Source: Lytechinus pictus (taxonomy: Eukaryota). From it: 64,000 bases of DNA. Below the pieces are notes generated by a model. The model ran no database searches. It was not told the origin of the DNA and saw only the letters and a program-made list of their open reading frames with translations. Positions 50,623-64,000 of the stretch are shown here, piece after piece (position 1 is the stretch's first letter; each line of letters begins with the position of its first letter). The DNA lies in contig NC_087245.1 in NCBI RefSeq assembly GCF_037042905.1, positions 2,730,001 to 2,794,000 of the forward strand. Direction: 5' to 3'. The position numbers and the translations under genes were made by a program.

Positions 50623-51810
50623 ATGTGATCCCATGTCTCAGTATATTATAAGTCATATTCAGTAAGTTCTTAAATTCTGTATTCTTTCCTTTTGTGTATT
50701 GTATCTTTTTGCTATAATTTTCCTTCTTTCACATTTTTTAAATCTTTACCTTCTCGTATTTGTGAAAAAAAATAAATGGGAAAAAGTACATAAAATGCCA
50801 ATATGCGTGAGATCACTAACGTTGATGGAAGTTTGTACGTAATTTTACGAGTCCATGCTTAACGACAGATGACGGATGTAAGTCAATTTGGGTACTTTAT
50901 ACTGACTTAATTCAGGCATGGAATGAATAAAGATCATAAATGGAATAAAAAGTATTGCTATCAGAGGGCGCCTTTATTGAAACCCAAAGAGAAGATATGA
51001 GGATGTTCGAGGCATCTCTGCCGGCGGATGGTGAAAGGGTAATAATGCGTAGAGGAAAAGAAGGCTTGAAAGTTCGTGGCCTGGTATAATCATTCCATGT
51101 TCGGACATGATGGAGACATAGAGACTATATGTTAGTGAGAGATGAAATGAATCTTCAAGGAGGGAGAAAGCCACTGGGGATGCTCATAGCTGGGTGCATG
51201 GGGTTCTGCCTTTACATTCTTCACTATCGAAGTCGCACGAGCGTAAACATTTCTCATGTGTGTTAAAATACCACTTAAAAAAATCATAATAATAAGGATG
51301 AAATAAGAGGGACTACTGTTTACTACCAGTTGATAGGAAATATACATGTATCTGACAAAAAAGGAAAGTCAACCGCCTCATTTCGGAAAAAAAACTCGAC
51401 ATTTATGCAAACATCTCGGGATGAGATCTCATCCATCTCCTTCCTCCAATTAAATAATTTCAAAAGCTACGTGATATTTCTTACCTTTTTGGACAAAGGG
51501 ACTTCAGTGATTGCCCTTCGATCAGTGTTGGATGGCGAATCATAAGCAATACAGTTTTGTCAATGTGCTATATCAAATTCAAAATCAGACTCGGAAAACT
51601 TGGGTTGGGTCGAATGAATATATTTTGCCTTCGTATTGTAATATAGGCTCGTGAAACCTCGACGTCCATACTATAAGGAATATTGTCTCGAGATTTATTT
51701 TTGTGCATTTTCCCTAAAAATGGCCTTCGTGCTCACGACGAAAAGGTAAGAAGTCATAAAAAGGTTAAAGAGTAGAATAAAACTGCAGAAGAAAGAAAAG
51801 AATGGAGAGA

Positions 51811-52165
51811 GGGCGGGGTGGAGAGGGATGGCACTTATCTATGTGTGGGTGTGTGTGTGAGAGAGAAGGGCGGGATGGAGAGGGATGGCACTTATCTATG
51901 TGTGGGTGTGTGTGTGAGATAGAAGGGTGGGATGGAGAGGGATGGCACTTGTCTATGTGTGGGTGTGTGTGTGAGAGAGAAGGGCGGGATGGAGAGGGAT
52001 GGCACTTGTCTATGTGTGGGTGTGTGTGTGAGAGAGAAGTGTGGGATGGAGAGGGATGGCACTTGTCTATGTGTGGGTGTGTGTGTGAGAGAGAAGTGTG
52101 GGATGGAGAGGGATGGCACTTATCTATGTGTGGGTGTGTGTGTGAGAGAGAAGTGTGGGATGGTG
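51811..52165. repeat. 57-bp minisatellite, about 6 copies
   Basis: Unit gggatggagagggatggcactt(a/g)tctatgtgtgggtgtgtgtgtgagagagaag(g/t)g(c/t), seen as a 19-aa periodicity in the overlapping ORFs. Confidence 0.95.
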
Positions 52166-55100
52166 AAAAAAAAAATGGTGAGGGATGTGGTGATGATTGG
52201 TAAAGCTCCATCAGAGCCAGAAATTGCAGGGTATATAAAACTGTGGTTGTAGATCATCCTTTCACCTGAACTCGTCCACAGCATTCAAAATAATCGGTCG
52301 AAGGTAGCATCTTATTCAAGTCACTACCAGAGAGCGGAAGAATGAGAGAGAGAGAGAGAGAGAAAGGGGGGCGAGAGAGGGGGGGGGGGGGGAGAGACTA
52401 AAGATGAAATAGAATGGTTTGTGTGATTGACGGTATTCGCCTAAAATTGCAAGGAATGTAGACACTGGGAAAGGTACCCCCCAAAAAACAAAAAAAAACA
52501 TGATGAATGAAAGAGGTAAAAGGGACAAGATATAAGATATTATGAGGTGATTAACAATTCACTTAAGTTTTTGAAGAAGATTTTTGTTTTATTTTATTTT
52601 CATCTAGACCTTTTAAAAACAAACTATGTGAAAAGATATTCAAACTTGGCTTAATCTGAGTTTTGTGCAATTTCAAATTGTGTGTCTCACCCTCTGCCTC
52701 TATCTTCGTTATTCTCTGTCTCTATCTCTTTCTTGCTTTTTTTGCCTTTCCTCTGTCCCTTCTTCTTCTCTCTCTCTCCTTCTCTCTTTCCCTTTTTTTT
52801 AATCGTTATCCATTTATTATATGCTTCACCAGTATGGAGAAAAAGCAGACAGGTGATCAAACTCATCAAGGGTTATTAGATGAGGGATTATAGTCACCGC
52901 TAAGCTACTATTGCTTTAATTGCTGCCTGATTCAATAACTCCAAGTGGTGAAATACCCACCTAAATAATTATCAACAGAATGTAATTAACGATTTTCTTT
53001 TATTATTTATAAATTATGTCGGCAAAATAAAGTACGATATGCGATTTTTTAATATTTAATTTGAGCTATTTTGAGGGGCCATCAAAATTTAATTGCTATG
53101 TTTGATTGCAAAGTATATTCGAAAAAAATATTCTTCGATTGAACATAATTTTAACGGCATCATTACTTCAATCTAATTCATTATTCGATATTTGTGATAG
53201 TAAAAAACAATTGGTATAGTATATAAAAAATGAGAGACCATTAATTTCTGACATTTTGAGATCGATATTTGCTGGCAAATTAGTATTTTCACCGACCTGG
53301 AAAAGGTGAGTGTCCGGTTCAAAGTGAAATTATTTGTCAGCCTTTTGAAGATTTATGTCGTTATCCAAGCAAACATCATTATTTTAGATTTTTCTTTCCT
53401 TTTATAAAGGATGAATGCGCTGTCAGAGGAATATAGATTATCATGAGAACATAAATGAGAAGCAATAGTTACTTAATAGGAATTCTGATGAATCGAGGAA
53501 ACATGTAAAAAAAAATACGGGATGACCTGCAGATTCAATTTCAGTTCATTGTTAAACATGAGTTATCTCGAAATTAACTGACGGTTCACTTTTCGCCTTC
53601 ATAATGAGCGAACTATTTCCACTTTTATATTTTTTCTTCAATCAATATATATCCATTTCGAAATTGCAGGGCAGATTCAATCTCTAATAAAACTTGCTTA
53701 TAATAGAGGTCCGGAGTTTCTAACCGTTGATCAGTTGCACTAAATTTTGTTGAGAAAGCAGCAAAATGATGATATCGTAAGGCACTCCGATTTCATTTGG
53801 TTGAGGCACCTACCAGTACACACTTTTAGCCACACCATCCGAACACACACACACGCAAATCCATACACATACGCACATCATTCACGTCACATCCACTCAC
53901 ACATTCACCCAACGCACCTAACAAAATGCTACATGCACACAGAAAATGATTCAGCAGATACTCTTCATTGTTCTTGTCTCTAAAAACGGAGGCGGGTGCT
54001 TGGTACCAAATTTGTACTCCTAAGAAGCGAGACACATTAGAAAAGCTTCCCAAATGGTGTTAACAGGGAAAACTATAAATTTTATATACCTTATAATTCG
54101 CGTCATTGGCGGCGATCCCCGGGAGACCGGACTCTCAGAACTTTGTATTTTGTATACCAACAACAACAACACCGAAAATCTCAAGAAATCGCCGCAAATG
54201 AGAGCTGAAAACATCCAAATCCACCAATCCCGTATTAATTCGTAACTCAAAACGGTGAAAATTGTACACATCACTTCATTTAGATCTACTCTATCTTACC
54301 TTCCTCATGAAACCTCTGTGTTTTGTAAGACACATCCTCGCCAGGGTCTGTTTAAGTAATCTATATACTGTTTTTGATTAACGTCAAAAAATACTTTGAA
54401 GAAGTGTTAGCAAACCTGCACCATTAAATGGCGTGATATTAAATAATCAAATTTGCACGTCTGAATTGTATGCCATGTAAGAAAGCTAGCTTAAAGTTGG
54501 CTTATGCTGGCAAATGGTGTTATAGGCACTAAATGACGTCGACGTTGGCAGCTGTAAACGCTCTTTTCGACGTCTTTTCGGGCGACCGATTGTAGCAGAT
54601 ATTTTAGTAGAGTGGAGAGCAACCAAAGGGTTCACCTTTGTCTGGTTTAAGATAATATTAGGGCACACAGCCTCCCGGTTTTTCATTATCCCCTGATGTC
54701 CACGATTAACCTCTAAAAAAAAAATAAAAAAAAATAAGACGCAATGGCGGCGCTATGTTGACTTCAAAAGATAAATCAGTCGAGAGTCGGTTGTAAACCT
54801 CACTACGTTTATCGATTTATTATATTTTCATAGGCAAGTCCTGTAAGAAATCATTTCCCTTCTGTATTCCCCAACGCTTTCCCTTTATATCTTTCTCTTA
54901 GGAATAAATCGCTTTTAAAGACCGGACGATGTTAACCGAACATTTGATTCAATAATGACTGCTAATACCAATAAATCAATACACGAATTGGGGACGCTCG
55001 CACTTGCCGTCACGGGTTTGTATTCGAAACGCCACACACTTCAAGCTCGCCCGTGACTGAGTAAGGGTCGATGCCAATTTCCACCAGTCCTCCCGATGGA

Positions 55101-56530
55101 ACCTGGCCCCCAGCCGTGAACTAGGATTCTCAAGTACACTGTATGCATTGTCGCTAGTCGTCTTGGGATGGTTCTCATGGCGTCTTAGGGTATCGGTTTA
55201 CATCACGCTCTTCCACTCACTTTAAGAAGCCATAATGATGTGGCGAACATCGTAAAGAATCAACAACATTTGCTGAAGAATATAAGTACCCGTTTCAGTG
55301 GGATACTGACATGAATGATGAAAAAAATATGATTCTCCGTGGTGAAATTAAGGCAAAACAAAAAAGATAAGTGCAATTGGGTCTCCAATTGTTTATATAC
55401 AAGACTCTTTCCCCGACAAGGGATTGTGACCATTGATCTTCTAATCAGACGTTACTTGCTGCCGTTTGCCTCAATATAGTCCTTTTTGGTTTAATGCCTC
55501 CCATTTCATTAAATTTCTTTTAAAAAGTTACTTGTTTTATAGTATAGAGCCCATTAGAAAAATCAATTTCAAATGCTGAATTGGTGATAGAAATTTTCTA
55601 TAAACTTACCCTGGAATATTGTCCAATTGTAATGTTAGATTCATGATCAGGGGCGGCACCTCCGCACAGGGAAACTATGACAAAGGGGCGAAGAAGAATT
55701 AAAGATGACGTAACTTTTTTTTCTTAATGCGGAGTTGCATGACAACGAACCCTCTGTTTAAACTCTTTCTTGCTCTTTCACTTCCTTTTTTCTTTCTTCT
55801 TTCCCTTCCCCTATTTCATTCTACTTAAAAATCATTGAGCTGATTGCCCATATGCCCCATGTAGCACCCACTGGTTAGAGTCATTGGATATACGGCCTGC
55901 AGTTCACTCTTTGCTTTATGATGAATGTATTCTTCTGGAGGCAAACGACTATATTGATAGGTCTCCTTAAAATACTTGAGATGATATTATTTGCTTGATG
56001 AAAAAGATGTAGGTGTCCAATCAGTTCACACCCTCTGTCTTTTCTACATTTTATTTTATCCTATCTGGTAAAGATAATTCAAGTGTCTGGTAATGATAGC
56101 GATCCGTCAATATTGCAAAGACTCCTGCGACCATGGGATGAGTATTGAGATCAGTCTATCAATTTTAGGTAGATTAAAACGTAAGGGGGCCCACCAGGAG
56201 GAGACATTCTCTCAAAGCTATAGTATTAAAGACTTGTGATGTCGGATGAGTGAAATAAGACGAAAATTGCTTGAATATATGATTTTGACTTGTCCTGTTC
56301 TTAACATACCTATGATTGAATAAACAGAATCGCGAATCTAATGCATCTTTTCTTCCTTCATCTTTTATTTCCTCGGTTTAACTGCTTGACGTGAATTAAG
56401 TAGTTCATCTAAACATGCAATTCAGAATGTATTTACCTCTCTATGAAAATATTTTTAATGTCCTTATTGTGATTATCATCGTTATTGTCACTACCGGTAT
56501 TGTTTTTTTTCTCTAGTGATCTTTTTTTTT

Positions 56531-56814
56531 CAATTCAATTCAATTTCATTTATTTCACATCTCTCATAAAAACATTCAAATGACAAATACAATATAAAAA
56601 CATATTCATACAAATATACACAATAGAAACAAAGAAAAAAAAATACACGATAAATCAATTGTAAAAAAGTGGACAGATAGGAGTAAATAACATTAAGTAG
56701 CAGTGGATGTGGGGGATCAGCAATAAGCCGTTGGCCTGTCTAGGCTGATCCCTTGTATACTGCAAAAAAAGAAACCAGTTATTGGATTTAATAGAAATAG
56801 AAAAGAAAGACCCT

Positions 56815-56854
<40 letters not shown>

Positions 56855-58205
56855 CAATAAGTTGAATTTACCTATTAATGTAACAATTCAATAAAAATAT
56901 CTTATATTTTCTTTTAAAATTACTTATGGTTGGGCATTGCTTCATATCTTGGGGCAAAGAATTCCATAAAACAGGTCCACTATAACATATAGTACTTCTA
57001 GAAAATTGATAACCCCATGAGGGGATATTCAGATCATAAGAGTTACGACAATTATACCTATTAAAAAAATATCTATACACAAAATAATCATTAAATACTT
57101 GAGGTAGGAGTTTCTTCATTGCTGAAAACACAAAACAAGCCGTTTGCAAATTGTACAAGTCATGAACTTTTAAAATTTTAAGTTTGTTAAAAAGGGGATC
57201 AGTATGAGCAAGATAATGACTATCTGTGATTACTCTAATTGCTCTTTTTTGTAAAATGGAAATTCTATTGATAAGGTATTTCGCACAATTACCCCATACA
57301 GTAATACAATAAGTTATATACGGTGAAATCATTGTGTGGTACAAAGTAACACATATATTTAATGGAAGGATTTTTTTTAGTCTATTCAAAATGCCAATGG
57401 CTTGAGATATTCTGGTACTTAAGTTATCGATGTGCACTCTCCAAGAGAGGTTGGAGTCAATGGTCACTCCTAAAAATGTTGTATTGGTTACTCTCTTAAT
57501 AGTGATACCGTTAAGAGAAATGTTGACAAAGTCGTCATCATTGTTATGTTTTTTAGATTTGAAGATCATGTAACAAGTCTTATCATAGTTTACCAACAAT
57601 CTATTTGCAAAAAACCAATCACTAATATGAACCAATTCAATTTGTAGTATGTTATTTAAATCTATTAGATTTTTTCCACTTAAAAAAAGGTTGGTATCAT
57701 CTGCGAAAAGCAAAATTGACAGAATACTACTAGCAATTGAAGATCGTTGATATATAACAAAAACAAGAGCGGACCGAGAATCGAACCTTGCGGTACGCCT
57801 ACGGTTATATTCCGACAATCAGAGATGAAATCCTGAATTTTTACAAATTGTTTTCTACCGTTTAAATAACTAGTGAACCATTGTAAAACTAAACCTCTGA
57901 TTCCATAAAATTGTAATTTCTTAAGTAAAATAGAATGGTCAATTGAATCAAATGCTTTAGATAATTCTAAAAAAATGCCAACTGTGGTTTGTTTATTTTC
58001 AAAAGCCTTTGCAAGTCTATCTGTGAAATCAATGAGTGCTAAGTTTGTGCTATACCCATGTCTGAATCCATATTGTTTAGCACATAAAATATCATTGTTT
58101 GAAATGTAAGTCATCAATTTATTGTAAACAAGTCTCTCAAATATTTTACAAAAGGTGCTCAAAACAGATATAGGTCTATAATTGGTAAGTTTACTTTTAT
58201 TTCCA
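56531..58205 (-). mobile_element. 5'-truncated, inactivated CR1/L2-group LINE (RT and C-terminus only)
   Basis: ORFs 57680..58162 and 56868..57818 join across a 1-nt frameshift near 57738. Motifs QYGFR, FLELSKAFD (catalytic D>E), GVPQGSILGP, FADDT. 3' hairpin at 56711-56753 and (TTGAA)n tail at ~56531-56555. Confidence 0.93.
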
Positions 58206-59351
58206 CTTGAATTGAATTGAATTGAAATTGAGCTTATTATAGAATCGTATGTAGATTATCCAGTGAAGGAGGTCATCTTACCAAAACTATCGGGTTTAGA
58301 TTACTGTGACGTACACAATGCTTTTGATTTCACACCGTCTTCTTGATGACAAATATACTCATTGCATGATAGGGTTGTATACTTTCTTTGCTTCTTTTAG
58401 ACAACATGTCTGATTAAAATTTCTTCTCTCTTTTTCCTTGGGCTTTATGATTGTACAAATTTTCTCTTAAGTCATCCTGATAGTAACAATGTGTATGATT
58501 GTGTAATATGATTTTGTGGTTGCTATAATCATAAATAACAGTCTGACTGTTCCCTCTCCGTTGATCATTCTAATGCAAGATAGAGCGAGAGAGAGAGAGA
58601 GAAGGGGAGGGGAAGGATGTGTGTGTGTGCGTGTACTTGCACGTGAGGTGGGTTTGTGAATGTATTTGGAGATTGAGACTCTCGGAAGGATCACTCTTGA
58701 TGACTAATGTTACGTGATGTTTTGCTTTATAGCTCATGAGGACGATTTGTCATCAGGCTATACTGATCATTGTTTAGGTCCACTGTGCATTCTAATGCTA
58801 CGAGCAGGGGTGCGGTTTAAGAGAGCATTTTAGCCATCACTTCACAGACGCTTACTATGACGCTAATTATCTTTTGTCAAAAGCCCTTCGTAACAAAGCA
58901 GCCTTTGTCGAATCGTCGATGAATCAAAACAATAATGTCGTCCCGGAGTCTGGACAAACGACAGGTTTTGTCAGGTCCGAATTTTAAGACGATGTGCTAT
59001 CCCGGTCGCATCCCGGTCCACCAACTTTCGACAATGACCTTTTATTTGTCCATTGTGATTTGGCGGGAATTTCCATTAGATTCTAAATGTTGCAGAAAGC
59101 AACATTCAGAGCAACAGTTTGTCGAAATGGTTTGGGAATTGCTTTGAGAAACATAACTTTAATCAACTTGAGAAGTCATAAATGACATGAGGCATTGTAA
59201 CCAGGGGAAATGAACGCATGCACGAATGTCAGCTTAATGATGATAACTTATGAATCCTGAGAGACTTAATAGATCAAACTTGAGTTACGAATAATATATA
59301 CCAAACGCATTGTGCATTTTTTCCCGCCCCCCAAATCAGGGCGGAAATTAA

Positions 59352-60065
59352 CCCTATCCAGCCCGGGGGGGGGGGGGGCAAAAACTGCCCCCTCGACATT
59401 TTTCACTCTAAATCTGTAACGCGAAAAGATCGCGCCGCGACGTTTCATGACTTTTTTTTTCTCGCGCAACTTTTAAGACCCAACTTGCGGTACGCGGTTC
59501 CGAAGTTACGCAACATTTTGTAAATGCATGTCAGACCCGAAATCGTTCAAAAACGTGATTTCATGAACAAATACAGTGCAAATTCTGTATGTAGCCAAAA
59601 TTCATAAATGTGTCATTATTTTTATTTTCACTGATTAAAAGCAATATATTTCATGTTATTTATGACTAAAAAAGTGTTTCCGACGATTTCCATCGATAAA
59701 CAATGAAAAACATAAAGTCGAAAGACAACGAAATACATAAGAAATAAAACAAACAAACGATAGAATACATCAGAAAAATGAAATTGCCATTAAGAAATAT
59801 ATACATGATATTAATAATCCTAAAAAGAGTGTCCAGGGAAAAATCTAGCAGATTTGGGGCTGCAAAAAGATTTACAGCAAAATCATGATTTTATATATTA
59901 ATTAGCATAATTGATTAATTAGAAACTAATTTTGATAATTTTCGTACAATTGAACTGTGGAGATTACGTCACGGGTGACAAGCGTGCAAATTTTTGTCTA
60001 GATCATGCGATCAACGGCTGAAATCTGAGGGGGGCCTGTCTCCTCCCCCCACGGGCTATATAGGG
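59352..60065. mobile_element. piggyBac-like MITE
   Basis: TTAA|ccctatccagcccg ... cgggctatataggg|TTAA. Confidence 0.88.
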
Positions 60066-61430
60066 TTAAGTCACGGTGCGCATGTGGGACGGGGGGGGGG
60101 GAGAATGTGGCATAACTGCTTGCACGAACATGAGTAAAATGAATGGATAATTTATATCGAATTTGTTCTCTGCATCTTTACTCTTCATGTATTAGCTAAG
60201 GAAAGGCTTTAACATCGCCCAGGGCAAAATCTCACCGGGAAATATTCATGCGATATGAATACGTAACAAAAGTTACCTTATTGGCGGGAAAAGTTTTAAT
60301 CCGGTTGCATGGCTGTGATGCATTTCTTCGTCTGCCCTTGTGCTATCCCTTGAGCTTTGTCTTGTAAAGCCCCTCTCAGCCCTATGAGTTAAGAGCCCTT
60401 GAATTTTAGCCGTCGACTTCTCATCTTACCGTTTGAATATTCAAAGCCAAGACCCATAGGAAATGCTAACAAAACTGGATAAACACCTTCTTGAGAATAA
60501 TGTCTAAGAGGACACACAACACCCTTGACCATGTTGACTTTATAAAACTGCCTTAGTGGAAAAAAATGATTACGTCTCACATTCGAGGTCTCAAACTTTA
60601 CTGTCGGGAAATCCACTTTTCATGTCTGACTAACTCTTGAAGCAGCTTGCATGCTGGAACTATCTCAGGTAGAAATGATATCATATCAGAAACCCAGTCG
60701 TAATCATGATTATTCCCTCAACACATTACATCAAATAGTCCAAAAAAGAAAGGGTTTGATTTTATTACCGACAATCATTATATTTTTTTTAATAATATGA
60801 ATGAAGAATACGAATGAAACAGCCACTGCACAAATAACCGAGTTTTGGTACACTCGTAGGTCTGATAAATACTTAGTATAAACCGCCTGTATTAGATTTC
60901 ATTTGCCCACTATGTAACTAGAGAAGCTGTGTTTAAGTCACTTCGTGTGGGAGAACACTGGTGCAATCTTTATCAGTGTGGACTGTCTTAAGGAAATGAA
61001 GTAGGGATGAGAGATGGGATAGAATGGTACATGTATTGAGTGACATTAGAGACTTCCTATTTTCTCCCCGTATAATAAGAGGAGTTTCTGAACTCTCCAT
61101 TCAAAGTGGGAGATGGGTTGTGAATTTTTCGCCAAATTAGGGGGCTGAAGAGCTGAAAAGGATATTTTTTCTGTTTTTCGTTTTGTTTGTAATTCTTTTG
61201 TAGACAATATCATTCATGTATAAGTCGTAAACATTCATACTCACTTTCACAACTTCCGTCCACTCTTTCCCTTTCAATAACGTCGAACTCGACGATTTTT
61301 ATAACACACATCCAATGCATGGTCAAAATGAACAATATGTTTGTAAATTAAGCCTTTCATTGAATTGAATAAAGCTTTTTGTTACATTCCCGCTCAGGTT
61401 TCGTATTAGATATAAGGTTAGGGTTGCAAT

Positions 61431-61824
61431 AGAGTACCGCAGTGATGACGTCACAAAAAACTTTTTTAGCATTTCAGCGTTTTTCGATACCATATTTTGG
61501 TAGAGCGTAATGAAAAACATCCACTACCAAACTTTGGTGGGAATCGGTCCATGGGGGCCTTAGATATGACCTTATGAATACATTATTAGCCCCATTAAAG
61601 TCAGTGTATTATTGGCCTGGTTCTAAATGTTAGGAACCAGTCCAATAATAATACATTGAATTCAATGGGGCTAATTATGTGTTCGTTAATTATCTTGGAG
61701 CCCAAGGACCGATTCCCACCAAATTTGGGTTGTGGCGGTTTTCCATCATGCTCTACCAGAATATGGTATTAAAAACGCTGACTTGCTAAAAGTTAAAATT
61801 TATGACCTCACACTTTGGTACTCT
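61431..61824. mobile_element. ~390-bp whole-length palindromic (foldback) element
   Basis: Imperfect inverted arms centred near 61628 (agagtacc..., ggtgggaatcggtcc/ggaccgattcccacc, ttagccccatt/aatggggctaa), inserted in a ggttagg-rich repeat. Confidence 0.85.
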
Positions 61825-62069
61825 ATAGGGTTTTATGTTAGGTTTAGAGTATGGTTTAGGGTAGGGTATAGTATTAAATCCAGGGTTGAAGTAAAGAATA
61901 ATATAAGTTATTTTCATACATTTAAACAAACATTTACAATACGAATCATTGTAATTTGAATTATATTCAATAACATCGATTTGATTATTGCGTGGAATCG
62001 ATTTGTGTGTGTAATGTACAGCGGAGCAATTGTCTCCAGAGCAACTGAAACCAGATATTCAAAACAGTA

Positions 62070-62626
62070 TCACATATAATGTCTTTTGCCATGATGTTAA
62101 TTTATTTTGTTTTTGTTTTGATGTTATCGTGACGTTTTTTTTTTTCTTTTTTTTTCTTTTCTTTTTGGTTTTATGTATTTGTGATACTTTATGTCTTTTT
62201 CGTTTGATGCATTTTACCTTTTGTTCTATTATTTGTCCTTGTATGCTACCTGCTTTATGCCATTTTTATATCAATAATTTTCAAAGTCTTTTAAATTGTC
62301 AATTTTATAACTTATTTATAAATTTTACTTAGTTTAATTTTAGTCACACGTTTTTAAAGAAATTTCCTTTATTTCTATGATTTTGTTCGTCTTTTAAACT
62401 GTCTTGATTTTAATCTAGGTTTTTAATTTTTGTTTTGATTCATTTAATGTGATATCATTGATATGTCATGTAATTTTGATTGTGTATTGTATTTTACTTT
62501 ATATTAATTGTATTTCATTTATTTTGTAAATCTTTCTATGTCTACAGGGCTCTTTTGTAAAGCAGGCCTTTGGGCTCTGAAAGGACTACCCTGTTTTTAA
62601 ATAAAACTGAATAAAATAAAATAAAT
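62070..62626 (+). mobile_element. Probable LINE 3'UTR fragment
   Basis: T-rich stretch ending in a caggg...ccctg hairpin and an (AAAAT)n tail. A similar cagggtagcc motif occurs in the opposite orientation at ~37482 and ~63194. Confidence 0.5.
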
Positions 62627-64000
62627 CATTTTTTTAAACACTATGATGTCATGAAGATAACATAACTAGTCTAATTCTAACAAATTGATTGACTCTGTAA
62701 CCCATTCACCGCTTTCTCATTTCTGCATTGTTGATGGTCCCTCAGCCTTCACCACCGCTGGCATCCTTACGAAATATGACGTCACTTACACCACATCATG
62801 CATGGAACACATGCCTATCGATTGAATTGATGACGTCATCTGACTTTTGTTGAAGCAGAAAGACAAGTACCGCTGAGACATTTTTCTTATTTCTTCCTTG
62901 TCTTGTCTTCGATTGTAGAGAGCGCATTTTGCAATTGTGCTCGTTAAATGCTCGATAATCCGATTGTAAAATATAAAAAAAGTAAAAATGTCATTTAATA
63001 CAGAAGATATTCTCTATTTTACTAAACATAACGACATTCATTATTCTTTTTTGATGGACAAGTGAAACGACCATCATAGAAAACAAAAGCTGTGGGTTTT
63101 TGAAGGAAAAAAAATGCGGTATTCCCCCTCATATTATGATTGGAGCGCTCGCTGTCTATAATAATATAATAATTATAATAGCGGTATATTTACCCAGGGT
63201 AGCCGCTTCAGTTCCGAAAACTGTTCTCTTGGTAATACAGTCTAACTTCGACACACTTTCTTGTCTTTTCATGAAAATACTGCCATTCTTATTAAACCCA
63301 CATCATTTTTTTGTTATCTTCTGCGGGAAATTTAACAATGGCGGTTATTGTTCATCACACTTTTCTGCAGGAGGAAACAAACCCGAATAGAAATAGTACA
63401 TTGCCTTTACTTCTATGTCACATCAGTTGGTATCTTTTTAATATCTGATTAAATATTATTATATTATAAAACTATTATATTTTTATCAATTAAGCCTTTA
63501 ATAAACCCGAACAGAACTTTGCAGCGAAGGAATTCATAAGCTAATTTCCTGAATGAAAAGCCCAATTATCTTTGCAATATGAAACAAACAACTTTCTCCA
63601 AATTTCCATGGTATTAACTTGGTAATATGGAATAGACAGGGTAATCATCTGAAAATTGCCACTCGGTGAAACCCCTCTTCTAAGAAATCTAGTAGATAAT
63701 TATATTCAAGTATGATCATACTGATTGGAGGGGAACTCTGAATCTATATATCCAGAATAGGAATTAAGCAGGTTTTATGGAGTCTCATCTCAGCATAACA
63801 ATTTCCCCTGTGTTTTCACTTACTGCAAACAATTTGACTTCTGAGATAAACAACGTTATGGTTAATGCGATTACGCCCCAACATCATTTATTTATAATGA
63901 GATATGGAAGAAAATGTATTCCTATAATTGGCTTTCTTACTGTCAAGGCAATGCTATGATTTATCCCCATTAACTTTCTGAAGCGTGGACTAAATTTTAA

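Noticed and set aside
61416..61870. Telomere-like TTAGGG motifs
   Set aside because: A few degenerate units within an interspersed repeat, not an array.
62777..62838. Pair of CRE palindromes (TGACGTCA) as an enhancer
   Set aside because: The same 8-mer occurs inside transposon remnants elsewhere in the window (~1356, ~61446), and there is no independent support.

Overview
AT-rich, repeat-dense eukaryotic genomic DNA, most likely from a marine invertebrate deuterostome. The repeat landscape resembles sea urchin, but this is inference and not proven. One protein-coding gene can be reconstructed: syntaxin-17 (STX17) on the minus strand, with six coding exons (10966..5784) giving a 344-aa protein. 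It has a GC-AG intron and an overlapping out-of-frame uORF. The rest is mostly transposable elements: a CR1/L2-group (Crack-like) LINE with an intact APE+RT ORF2 (~18.9-22.9 kb), a frameshifted LINE (~56.5-58.2 kb), an L1/Tx1-type 3' fragment with a 17-bp TSD, a tRNA-derived SINE, and many MITEs with readable TIRs and TSDs, including a four-TSD-class nest in the presumed STX17 intron 1. A well-spaced TATA+Inr promoter with a non-coding first exon at ~41.4-41.6 kb (+) has no identifiable coding exons in the window. I found no convincing new multi-gene system. The best leads are gene-structure oddities, TE nesting, a covarying LINE 3' hairpin and a rearranged tRNA-like element. All homology statements are from memory, not from database searches.
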